A stretch of DNA of 55,279 nt from a bacterium (GCA_043815505.1 JBDRIV010000003.1:128239-183517); one strand, 5' to 3'; shown: positions 1-8,815, counted from the stretch's first letter. Notes: a model not told the origin generated them from the sequence alone. Made by a program: numbers and translations.

Positions 1-159
1 TTTTCATAATTATCTAATTGTGCCTTGAGCTCTTGTGTTGTGGTTATCATAATATTATTAATTATTCCTCTTAAAATTTGGAGGTTTTTCATAATTACAG
101 GCTTCCATTCAGCAATAGATATTGATGCCCCATCTCTTCAGTATGAAGTTACATACTAT

Positions 160-645
160 TTAGTATGCATTACATGCACATCCGGGAGGTTTGTGGCACG
201 TGTAAGATTTTGAAATGCATGAATCCCCACACGCCTTTCCTGTTGAACACATTTTACAACAACTGGTTGTTGGTTCAGGTTCAGGTTCAGGAACAGGTGT
301 TGGAGCTGATTCAAAAACTGGAGCAGGTTCGGGTTCTGGTTCCACGACTGGGATGGGAGCTGGTTCTGGTATTGATTCTACAATTGGCTCTGAATATGTT
401 TCGGTTTCTACAGACTCTTCTTCAATAGTATCCTCAACTACTTTTTCATCAATATCCTCAATAATCTCTTCTTCTACAACATCCGCTTCAGGTTCAATTT
501 TTGGAATTTCTGTTTTTATCTCCTTTACCTGATTTATAGCCGAACCATCAATGCTACTATCATTATTATCTATTGCAACTCCTACAATTCCGAAAAGTAT
601 CATTCCCCCAACAACTAGCAGTACGTTTATTGAACCTTTTTTCAT
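160..645 (-). CDS. Membrane-anchored protein with acidic/Pro-Glu stalk and C-terminal 8-Cys domain
   Basis: N-terminal hydrophobic helix; E/P-rich linker; CCKMCSTGKACGDSCISKSYTCHKPPGCAC tail. Confidence 0.8.
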   Translation of the reverse strand: MKKGSINVLLVVGGMILFGIVGVAIDNNDSSIDGSAINQVKEIKTEIPKIEPEADVVEEEIIEDIDEKVVEDTIEEESVETETYSEPIVESIPEPAPIPVVEPEPEPAPVFESAPTPVPEPEPEPTTSCCKMCSTGKACGDSCISKSYTCHKPPGCACNAY

Positions 646-794
646 GTATTTTTATTAAATATAAATTCCCCAGAGTTTTTATATTAAATAAAAACCCAGC
701 TCGAATTGTGGGTTTGTTTTTGTTTTCGAATTGTTTTTAAGTGATTACTTAAATTTTATCACTTAATACTTTGAAGTCAAATTATTTAGTGCTT

Positions 795-1496
795 TTATAT
801 AATTTTATCGGATTTTTTTAAGTTGTGCTTACTGCACAGTATTTGAATGTTTTTATCATCTGTACTTGAACCACCTTTGGAATATGGAATTATATGATCA
901 AAGTGTAAATCCTTATTTGATTCACAGTCTGGATGACTACATTTACCACCATCTCTTTCCCAAACTTTCCTTTTTATGCTAGTTGGTATTCTTCTTGAAA
1001 ATTCGAATTCTTCAATTTCTTCTTTGGTCATATCCTCCTTAGAACCATCTGGCAATAGTATAAATTTAAATACCTTTCTTTTCTCTAGTTTTGAATATTC
1101 AAATTTCACATCAACCAAATTAAACCATCCTTTGTCTGACCATACATTCGGATTTATTTTTTCATAAACCTTGATAGTCTCCGGTTTTTCTCGTCTTTTT
1201 GATTTATAATCTTCTGCCGCCTTGAAAAACAGATTGTTGTTTGTAGGCTTCCCATTTTTTGTAAATAGTGGCTGATCTATCTCTTTCGGATGATGACTTT
1301 CTCTTTTACTAATGTCTTCTCCTTCATAAATTAGCTTCTCTCCTTTTTTATCAAAACCATCATTATATGGTGAGTTCTCTCTAACGGACATGAGTAAGAT
1401 GGAATAGTTGTTGTTTTGTGGCCGAAAATTCATTCCTCTTTGAACGTTAAACCCTTCTCGCTCGACTATCTCATTGTATTTTAAAATATCTTTCAT
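795..1496 (-). CDS. HNH endonuclease with SRA/PUA-like N-terminal domain (putative modification-dependent restriction enzyme)
   Basis: C-terminal CxxxxC..HFDHIIPYSKGGS..NIQILCSKHN; N-terminal RGMNF..ILLMS..YND..LIYEGED resembles SRA-type domains. Confidence 0.8.
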   Translation of the reverse strand: MKDILKYNEIVEREGFNVQRGMNFRPQNNNYSILLMSVRENSPYNDGFDKKGEKLIYEGEDISKRESHHPKEIDQPLFTKNGKPTNNNLFFKAAEDYKSKRREKPETIKVYEKINPNVWSDKGWFNLVDVKFEYSKLEKRKVFKFILLPDGSKEDMTKEEIEEFEFSRRIPTSIKRKVWERDGGKCSHPDCESNKDLHFDHIIPYSKGGSSTDDKNIQILCSKHNLKKSDKII

Positions 1497-1498
1497 AA

Positions 1499-2617
1499 CT
1501 ATTTTTCTACCTTTTCCGCTTTATCTTTAAGCCAAGTTACATCAAAATCATAATTATCTTTATGTTTATCGTCCAATTCCCTAACACTATCATATGATAA
1601 ATAATGAACTACTTCATCTAATTTTAGGAAATTATTCGAAAATGTTGGTCTTCTTAATTCATTAAACACTTTGTTTTTCCTGTCTCTAGAAGCAACAATG
1701 AACAATGGGTAATTTGAATTTGGAGTTAAGGATCTTAGATCTGATAATCTTAAAATGCCTGAGTAAACAGAGGTTGAGTGCTCTATTTCAAAAGCCGATT
1801 TTACTGATTGGCCCAATTTCCAAACCGTATCAATGTTTTTTATGTACATAGGAACATCTAAAGATTCTTGATATTCATCTAAAACCATATTTTTGAAAAT
1901 CTCTCCATTATAACTTTTATTTTGATCATTACGCGGAACCCATACATCGAAATGTGATTTGTTGCCTAATCTAATAAGGCGCCATTGCATTTCATCATGC
2001 TCTGTTGGCGCTTTTTCTATTTTTTCTTCTAATATTTCTTTGAATTCTGTTTTATCTTCTATATCAATTTTTTCAGGCTCTTCACCAGATTCAATAACTT
2101 GTAAAAATGAAAGCAAGTCGCCATATATGGAAAGTAGTTGGTTTGTTTTCTTTTGATCAATAGACATAAACCCACGTGGAAAATAGAATTCACTATAACC
2201 AAGATACTGATTTAAATCCGACTGTTTAACATTGACTTTGACATCATTTATTAAAAAATAAATATATTCCCAAGTTTTACCCTCCGAATCTTCATTCCAA
2301 AAATATTGAGCCATTTTTGGGCTTCTAACTTTCATAGCTACTTCGGCGGCATAGATTATCTTCCCAGACTTATAGACCATTATATAATCACCCTTATCCA
2401 TCACTCCCCATGTTCTAATATTTCCTTCTCCCGGTACAGCGCCCCAAACAGCAAAGCCTCTTCCTTTGGTATAACTTTCTAATTCTTTGACTTCATTTTC
2501 CGTGATAAACTGTGACACTTCCTTAATAGTTCTTTTTGTTTCAATTGTATCGCGAAAATGGCGGTCGGTATCTTGACCACCGCTTGCTACTACAAAAAAT
2601 ATTTTTCTTTCTTTCAT
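1499..2617 (-). CDS. PUA/EVE-like domain fused to PD-(D/E)XK-type nuclease
   Basis: N-terminal WGAVPGEGN..W..MDKGD; C-terminal IDTVW..AFEIEHSTSVYSGILRLSDL restriction-endonuclease-like motif. Confidence 0.65.
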   Translation of the reverse strand: MKERKIFFVVASGGQDTDRHFRDTIETKRTIKEVSQFITENEVKELESYTKGRGFAVWGAVPGEGNIRTWGVMDKGDYIMVYKSGKIIYAAEVAMKVRSPKMAQYFWNEDSEGKTWEYIYFLINDVKVNVKQSDLNQYLGYSEFYFPRGFMSIDQKKTNQLLSIYGDLLSFLQVIESGEEPEKIDIEDKTEFKEILEEKIEKAPTEHDEMQWRLIRLGNKSHFDVWVPRNDQNKSYNGEIFKNMVLDEYQESLDVPMYIKNIDTVWKLGQSVKSAFEIEHSTSVYSGILRLSDLRSLTPNSNYPLFIVASRDRKNKVFNELRRPTFSNNFLKLDEVVHYLSYDSVRELDDKHKDNYDFDVTWLKDKAEKVEK

Positions 2618-2638
2618 AAAATCCCCAGAATTTATAAG

Positions 2639-2986
2639 TTATAATTCGTTATATTTATTATGTCTACCGAATGCTTTCTCAACCGGATATTTGTTTTCGT
2701 TTTTTACAATTTTGTTTTCCAGAGCTTCAACAATATTAATATCTAAATCTTTGCTCATTAATAAAACCCAATACAGAACGTCAGCTAGTTCCTCTCCAAT
2801 TTCTTTTTTGTGAGTTTCAATATATTCTTTCATTTCTTCCTCCGATTTCCATTGAAAATGTTCCATTACTTCCCCGGCTTCCAAAACTAAAGACAGGGCC
2901 ACGTCTTTTGGATTGTGAAATTGTTTCCAATCACGCGCGTCCCTAAAATCTACTATTTTTTGTGTTAATTCGTCTATTTTTTTCAT
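2639..2986 (-). CDS. MazG-like nucleotide pyrophosphohydrolase (DCTPP1/RS21-C6 type)
   Basis: RDWKQFHNPKD..EAGEVME..EELADV..KNENKYP signature. Confidence 0.9.
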   Translation of the reverse strand: MKKIDELTQKIVDFRDARDWKQFHNPKDVALSLVLEAGEVMEHFQWKSEEEMKEYIETHKKEIGEELADVLYWVLLMSKDLDINIVEALENKIVKNENKYPVEKAFGRHNKYNEL

Positions 2987-3099
2987 GTCCCCAGAATTAG
3001 TTTTATATGTTATTAAAATAACACCATTTTGTGCTTAAATCAAATGAAAAACGGATGAAGCTTTTTAGGCTTCACCCGTGTTGTTTGTTATAAGTATTC

Positions 3100-4698
3100 T
3101 TATTGCACGCCCATCACAACACAAACATCAGTGTCTGTTTGACCAGAGGGCGGATAAGGAGGTTGGTTGTAAGGAGGGGAGGTGATGTCTTCAGCGTAGA
3201 TCGTGAACACATTATTCCCGAACACACTGGCGGATCGAGGGAGCATCTGGCTGAAATGGTATGAAAAGTAATTGAAACTGCTCAATGTTTTCACACCTTG
3301 TTTCCAATTCTCAAAGACCACTCCATTTGCTAGATCCACCCGTATATTTGCGTAGATCGTACGAAGTGAATTGGGATAGTGTTTACTGAGGAGGATGTAG
3401 AAATCGACATCGAAGGGAAGAATACCAGCTGGCGGTAGACATTCCAGATCCGCGGAGATCACTTTGTAATCGGGATTGAATGTGCTGCAGATGTATGCGG
3501 CTCCAGAGTCTGTTCCGATTTCGTCATTCCCCCAAGCGCCAACTGCGACATTGTATCCTGACAACGAAACTGCGCTACCAAACCAATCATTTACAGCTCC
3601 ATCAGAAGCGAGTATTTTATCTTCTTCTATCCATCCAGTTCCGTTCCAGCCATAAACATACACTGATCCAGCATGAGCATCAGTATCATTGTCATGTCTG
3701 GCACCAAGTATGGCGAAATGTGGACTGACTGCAACTGAATATCCCAATTCATCGTTGGGCTCGCCGTCAGATGCTACAAACTTATTTTCCTGAATCCATG
3801 TGGTACCATTTCTTCTGAAGGCATAAGCGGATCCAGAACTCGTTCCCATGTCATCGTCTACATAAGCGCCGATTACAACCAGATTTCCACTTATTGAAAC
3901 GGCTGAACCGAAATGGTCTTCTGCGCTTGCATCATTAGCAGTCAGTTTCTGTTCTTCAATCCAACTTTCTCCATCAAAATGGAAGATGTAAGCTGAACCA
4001 GAATAAGGTCCACTTTCGTCAGTGGCCCAAGCTCCGACAACTGCCAGGTCACCATCAATAGCGACAGCTTGACCGAAGTAATCCTGTGTTTGCCCGTCGC
4101 TGGCAGTTAGTTTCTGTTCTTCTGTCCAGCTCATTCCGTCATAGCGGAATACATAAGCCGAACCTGAATCGGGACCATTGTCATCATCGCCGTGGGCTCC
4201 TGCTATAACACAATCTCCGTCAAAGGATACAGAATAGCCTAGATAATCACTGGGCTGAGCATCTGATGCTCGAAGTTCAGTGTCCTCAACCCATTCCGAT
4301 TCATCTTTCTTGAAGACGAATACTGCGCCAGAAGCATTTGTGCCATGAATAATACCATGACCATGTGCTCCAACAATGCAAACATCCCCTTTAATTGATA
4401 CGGAACTTCCAAAGGCATCATTTTGACCACCATCACTTGCGAACAGTTTTTGTTCTTGCGTCCATGCTCCATTTGCGTAATGAAACAAGTACGCTGAGCC
4501 TCCGTCATGGCCAATATCATCGTCATAATTAGCCCCGATTACCACATATTCACCACTGATTGCGACAGACCAACCAAACCAATCGGCAATTTCTCCATCG
4601 CCAGTGGTAAGTTTGACGATTTCGGTGTGTGCGCCGAAAGCTGTGTTACAGACCAAAAAGGATAAAATCACCAACATAAAACTCATTTTCTTGAACAT
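3100..4698 (-). CDS. Secreted FG-GAP repeat (beta-propeller) protein with C-terminal beta domain
   Basis: Signal peptide; about 7 repeats of KL.ASD....D.FG.SV.I.G...VVGA..DD....SGSAY; AGGAG RBS. Confidence 0.9.
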   Translation of the reverse strand: MFKKMSFMLVILSFLVCNTAFGAHTEIVKLTTGDGEIADWFGWSVAISGEYVVIGANYDDDIGHDGGSAYLFHYANGAWTQEQKLFASDGGQNDAFGSSVSIKGDVCIVGAHGHGIIHGTNASGAVFVFKKDESEWVEDTELRASDAQPSDYLGYSVSFDGDCVIAGAHGDDDNGPDSGSAYVFRYDGMSWTEEQKLTASDGQTQDYFGQAVAIDGDLAVVGAWATDESGPYSGSAYIFHFDGESWIEEQKLTANDASAEDHFGSAVSISGNLVVIGAYVDDDMGTSSGSAYAFRRNGTTWIQENKFVASDGEPNDELGYSVAVSPHFAILGARHDNDTDAHAGSVYVYGWNGTGWIEEDKILASDGAVNDWFGSAVSLSGYNVAVGAWGNDEIGTDSGAAYICSTFNPDYKVISADLECLPPAGILPFDVDFYILLSKHYPNSLRTIYANIRVDLANGVVFENWKQGVKTLSSFNYFSYHFSQMLPRSASVFGNNVFTIYAEDITSPPYNQPPYPPSGQTDTDVCVVMGVQ

Positions 4699-4971
4699 TT
4701 CTCAGTCTCCTTTTCTTGCTTCTTTGAGCTAGAGTTTAGTCACAAATAAGGCCTTTTCTCCTTCCTTTTCTGAAGTTATTGATTAACCAACCAGTTGTAA
4801 AAGAGCGATATTACTTCAGATTAAGATACCACCATTCAGTTCCAGAGTCAACAAAAACCGCCTTTTTGGCAGTTTTTGTTTACTCTTAAGATGTAAATCA
4901 TAAAATCCTTACTTTATGGCTTATTATAAAGCAAACTTTGTTATTAACTCAAAAAATACCTCGGCATAAAA

Positions 4972-5057
4972 TCCCCGAGCATGTGGGGTAATTAGCATAT
5001 AGCTAATGGCTAATGGCTAATAGCTAATAGCCCGTATTTCCCGAGCCTATGGTGAGC
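4972..5057 (+). repeat. Dispersed repeat copy 1 (head module with heptamer array)
   Basis: CCCGAGCATGTGGGGTAATTAGC + 5 x (T/A)(A/T)AT(A/G)GC + CCGAGCCTATGGTGAG, shared with 5811 and 7608. Confidence 0.95.
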
Positions 5058-5115
5058 ATAATTGGCATATTGCTTATGGCAATTAGCGAATAGCAACGAT
5101 CCAACCTGGGGTGAG

Positions 5116-5190
5116 CCCTCCTGCACTAAAGCTCCGGGCGGGCAGGGTTTGTAAACTTGACTTGATGAGCCTGCCTGCCGGCAGGCAGGG
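5116..5190. repeat. Two GC-rich REP-like palindromes
   Basis: CCCTCCTGCACTAAAGCTCCGGGCGGGCAGGG and perfect CCTGCCTGCCGGCAGGCAGG. Confidence 0.75.
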
Positions 5191-5298
5191 AAGAGCGATG
5201 CTGTTAGTCATTTTTGCATCGGTTGACTTTTTTGAGAAATCAACATATCATAATAAGCTCACTAAATACGATGATCTTTTAACATAGGGAGGTGCACT

Positions 5299-5736
5299 AT
5301 GGATAAGAAGACGTTTTTTGTTAAGTCACTCATTGGTCTAGTTGTAACAATTTGGCTTATTGGTATCTTTATGTTCATATTTAGATACAAAATGCCAGTA
5401 GTTCAAGCTAGCGATGGATTAACGGATCTGGTAAAAATGTTTTGTGTTTTATATTTCTTTGGGCTCTTATTCATTATTTGCATTCTTCTTAATGAATTAA
5501 CTCCGGCATCACGAAGAAAAGCTAAAGAAAGAAAGCTACATGAGGAAGAGCTAGAAAGGGAAAGACAAGAGAGTTTAAGAAAAACGAAATGCCCAATTTG
5601 TGGAAGTGGCTACTCGTCTATTATATCCATCTCCGTTCCAACCAAAAATCCATATGAAGAGGAAACGCTGGGATACACAAAAACGGTATGGAAATGCACA
5701 GCATGCAATAACGTTTTAAACAATTTCTACATGTAG
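5299..5736 (+). CDS. Two-TM membrane protein with C-terminal zinc ribbon
   Basis: Two hydrophobic helices; CPIC...CTAC; GGGAGG RBS and TTGACT-N17-TATCAT promoter. Confidence 0.8.
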   Translation: MDKKTFFVKSLIGLVVTIWLIGIFMFIFRYKMPVVQASDGLTDLVKMFCVLYFFGLLFIICILLNELTPASRRKAKERKLHEEELERERQESLRKTKCPICGSGYSSIISISVPTKNPYEEETLGYTKTVWKCTACNNVLNNFYM

Positions 5737-5810
5737 ATATTCAATAACTGACCTCGAGCATGTCATAAAAAGGCTCTTTTTGTTTGCTCGAAAGTAAATC
5801 GTCGTAATGC

Positions 5811-6122
5811 TCCCCGAGCATGTGGGGTAATTAGCTTATAGCTTATAGCTTATTGCTTATTGCTAATAGCTTGTAGCCGTAAATATTCCGAGCCTATGGT
5901 GAGCTTGGATAGCCACCGCCGCAAGCAGCGGCGGGGCGAAGCAGTTCGAGATAAGCTTGAATGTTCACGAAGTGAAAAATGCCACTGTTTGACACAAGCC
6001 CCAGTTTTCGAAAAACTGGAGCTGGGGAGTTTGGTATTTTAATGAAAGCGAATCCGAACTGGCTCCGACCGAATCCATGTGCTCGCAGTTTTGGCCCCAC
6101 CTTTTGCTGCCAAAAGGTGGGA
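5811..6122 (+). repeat. Dispersed repeat copy 2 (head module + about 180 bp structured module)
   Basis: Head as at 4972; 5941-6122 closely matches 7688-7866. Confidence 0.95.
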
Positions 6123-6350
6123 GATAATAATTAAAAAAGTGAAAAATAATAAAATTTTGTTTCTTTTCAAAAAAGAAAAAACCCTGCACAATGCAGGGCC
6201 TAAACTAGTCCTAGATGCTCATCCACCGGCGGATGAGAAATAAATTCTGTATCATTACTACGGATTTTTGAGATGCCACATATTTTGTATCTCATCCATG
6301 ATACTCAAAAATGCTAGTGTCTCATATTATTAATTATATGATACACTAAA

Positions 6351-7442
6351 TTACATTACTATACTCAGTAATTTAGTAAAGATGTATGTTGTGGGTCGAC
6401 TCCCAATACCCTTTTGAATAATTCTGATAACTCCACCTTTAGTTAATGCTTTTAAAATTCTAGCGGCACTCGCTTTGGGTATATTGGAATCCTTTACAAA
6501 CTGAGGACTGTTAAATATTGGGTTGCAAAAAAGAAAATCCAAGGCTTTAATTGAGAATTGCGACCGCGTAAGCTCGGCTATTATTAATTTTTTTGTATCA
6601 TACAATTGATGTATAGCTTTGGCCTTGTTGATATTTTCTTTTGCTTGAATTGTAACAGCATTTAGAAAATATTCTATCCATCCTTCCCAGTTATTTTTTT
6701 GTGAGACTCTAAGTAATTGTCCATAATACTCCTCACGATGAGACTCAAAATATGCACTTAGATAAAACATTGGACTCGATAACACCTTTTTGAAATACAA
6801 AAATATTGGCATTAATATTCTTCCCACCCTACCATTACCATCAAAAAATGGGTGAATTATTTCAAATTGAGCATGAACAATTGCCAATTGAACAAGTATG
6901 TCTTTTTCATCACTATGAATATATTTTTCTAAATTAGTCATTAAAGCATTAATTTTATCAGCTGAGGGAGGAACATAACTCGCTTGTTGAATTGTGGTGC
7001 CTAGTTTACCAATAAAAACTTGTTGTTTTCTAAAATTACCTCGGTCTTTATTTTCCCCCCTGACACCATGCAATAGAATTTTATGAGCATTTTTAATTAC
7101 TCTATTGGAAAGTGAAAATTTTTCAATTTCTTTTACTGCTGATTGTAGAGCTTTTCTATAGTTTATTATTTCTTTTATATCTTCATATTTTTTATTCTCC
7201 TTCTGTGGATCAGCTTCATATTCTAAAACCTCTTGCAGAGAAGCTCTAGTTCCTTCAATTTTAGATGACAAAACAGCTTCTTGAGTTGTTAATGGTGATA
7301 GAAGCACTGCTGGATTAGGCATACTTTGTAAAAGTCCATCAAATCGAGCAATTTCTGCATTTGCTTTTCCAATAAGATGAACAAAAGATTCCCACTTTAA
7401 ATTTTCAATTGGTAATAATTTTGGTGTGTAATTATCTGTCAT
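6351..7442 (-). CDS. Fic family protein (class II, with C-terminal HTH)
   Basis: HPFFDGNGRVGR Fic motif; SSKIEG autoinhibitory motif; C-terminal wHTH-like segment. Confidence 0.93.
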   Translation of the reverse strand: MTDNYTPKLLPIENLKWESFVHLIGKANAEIARFDGLLQSMPNPAVLLSPLTTQEAVLSSKIEGTRASLQEVLEYEADPQKENKKYEDIKEIINYRKALQSAVKEIEKFSLSNRVIKNAHKILLHGVRGENKDRGNFRKQQVFIGKLGTTIQQASYVPPSADKINALMTNLEKYIHSDEKDILVQLAIVHAQFEIIHPFFDGNGRVGRILMPIFLYFKKVLSSPMFYLSAYFESHREEYYGQLLRVSQKNNWEGWIEYFLNAVTIQAKENINKAKAIHQLYDTKKLIIAELTRSQFSIKALDFLFCNPIFNSPQFVKDSNIPKASAARILKALTKGGVIRIIQKGIGSRPTTYIFTKLLSIVM

Positions 7443-7607
7443 TATTTTCCATTTCTCCCAGTTCTTTAGTAATTAGTATGCTAAATATAGCACCAATTTA
7501 AGCCAAAATCAAGCGGTAGAACCATGGGTTTTAGCGTATGGCCAAGAGCAAATGGCGAATAGCTATAAAAGAGCAAAAAGAAAATAGTAAAAAGTAAATA
7601 ACTAATT

Positions 7608-7866
7608 TCCCGAGCATGTGGGGTAATTAGCTTATAGCTTATTGCTAATAGCCTGTCGTACCTCCGAGCCTATGGTGAGGTTGGCTAGCAGTTCGAGATA
7701 AGCTTGAATGTTCACGAAGTGAAAAATGCCACTGTTTGACCCAGCCCCAGTTTGAAAAACTGGAGCTGGCGAGTTTGGCATTTTAATGAGAGCGAATCCG
7801 AACTGGCTCCAAGCGAATCCATGAGCGAGGCAGTTTTTCCTCCAGTTTTTGCTGCCAAAAAGTGGA
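7608..7866 (+). repeat. Dispersed repeat copy 3 (head module + structured module)
   Basis: Near-identical to 5811-6122, with fewer heptamers and lacking the GC hairpin at about 5915-5940. Confidence 0.95.
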
Positions 7867-8083
7867 ATAAAAAAAATAATCATAATAAAATTTGTTACTT
7901 TATAAAAGTAAAATATCCCTGATTTGACTTACCTCACATACCTGCTATACTGTACTCAGTAATAAAAAGAAAAGGTCTCTGGCAAGGCACGTCCAAGTTT
8001 AAGAGGCTTTTTCTTTTTGTTTAATTACATTAGTTTGAACTGTTGCAGAAATTGCAACAATTGTCTTTTAAACTAAATTAAGT

Positions 8084-8506
8084 TTAAATATCTATTAAAT
8101 AAGTCTTTAGGAATTTATTAATCGCAGCTACGGTTTCTTCTTTCAGCTTCGGATTGCTCTCAGCCACCCAAACAGCAAAATTATATAACTCTTGATTATC
8201 AACTCTAATCCATTTTTTGTTTTTATACAAAAATATAAAAAGTGTAGTTATGGCAATTCTTTTATTGCCATTTTCAAAAGGATGGTTTTTGACCATTAAA
8301 TAAAACAGGATCGCTGCTTTATCAACTAATCCTTTATAAAGATTCTTTTTAGCAAAAGTTTGAAACGGAACTGCTAAACAACTTTCCAAGGAATTTGGGA
8401 ATCTCGTATCAAAATCTGGAATTGGTTCATTCCATTGCATATGTTCTTTAGCAAGTTTGTGCGCACCATGTTCAACTTCTGTAAATGTTATATTCTTGAT
8501 GGCCAT
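8084..8506 (-). CDS. Doc-type (death-on-curing) toxin
   Basis: HPFENGNKR motif; KAA.L..L.KNH; small single domain. Confidence 0.9.
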   Translation of the reverse strand: MAIKNITFTEVEHGAHKLAKEHMQWNEPIPDFDTRFPNSLESCLAVPFQTFAKKNLYKGLVDKAAILFYLMVKNHPFENGNKRIAITTLFIFLYKNKKWIRVDNQELYNFAVWVAESNPKLKEETVAAINKFLKTYLIDI

Positions 8507-8508
8507 AA

Positions 8509-8763
8509 TTATTCTTTACCTAACAAGCGCAAAGTTTCTCCGTATTCATCTACAGTTTTTTTAACTGCTCTATCAACCAAATCATTTTTAAAACTTTCTT
8601 CTTTTACTGCGGGAAGGTCTTTAATGTCATTTCTATCAATAACATAATTTCTACCAATTTTTATGGCTTTAATATCACCCTTTTTAATACGATTAAAAAT
8701 AGTGATACGGCTAACACCAAGTAGTTTAGCTAATTCGTTTGTAGATATAAATTGATTCTTCAT
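8509..8763 (-). CDS. Excisionase-like HTH protein, probable antitoxin
   Basis: STNELAKLLGVSRITIFNRIKKG HTH; C-terminal EYGETLRLLGKE helix; 2 nt upstream of Doc. Confidence 0.8.
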   Translation of the reverse strand: MKNQFISTNELAKLLGVSRITIFNRIKKGDIKAIKIGRNYVIDRNDIKDLPAVKEESFKNDLVDRAVKKTVDEYGETLRLLGKE

Positions 8764-8769
8764 ACTTTC

Positions 8770-8815
8770 ATGTTAACATATGTTAATCTTGTTGTCAATA
8801 GTTAACATAGGTTAA
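8770..8815 (-). promoter_or_regulatory. TA promoter with two palindromic operators
   Basis: TTGACA (8798-8793), N17, TAACAT (8775-8770); TTAACATATGTTAA 8773-8786 and TTAACATAGGTTAA 8802-8815. Confidence 0.75.

Noticed and set aside
215-532. Gly/Ser-rich + strand ORF and GGTTCA repeats
   Set aside because: Antisense shadow of the Pro-Glu linker in 160-645
5860-6189. Short ORFs here and at 7632-7883 with similar translations
   Set aside because: They fall within the non-coding repeat, and indels between copies break frame consistency
4972-7866. CRISPR array or integron attC array
   Set aside because: Spacing is 0.8-1.8 kb, there are no unique 30-40 bp spacers or cas genes, and there is no RYYYAAC/GTTRRRY attC pattern or intI
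8509-8763. True excisionase
   Set aside because: No integrase nearby; position and operators fit an antitoxin
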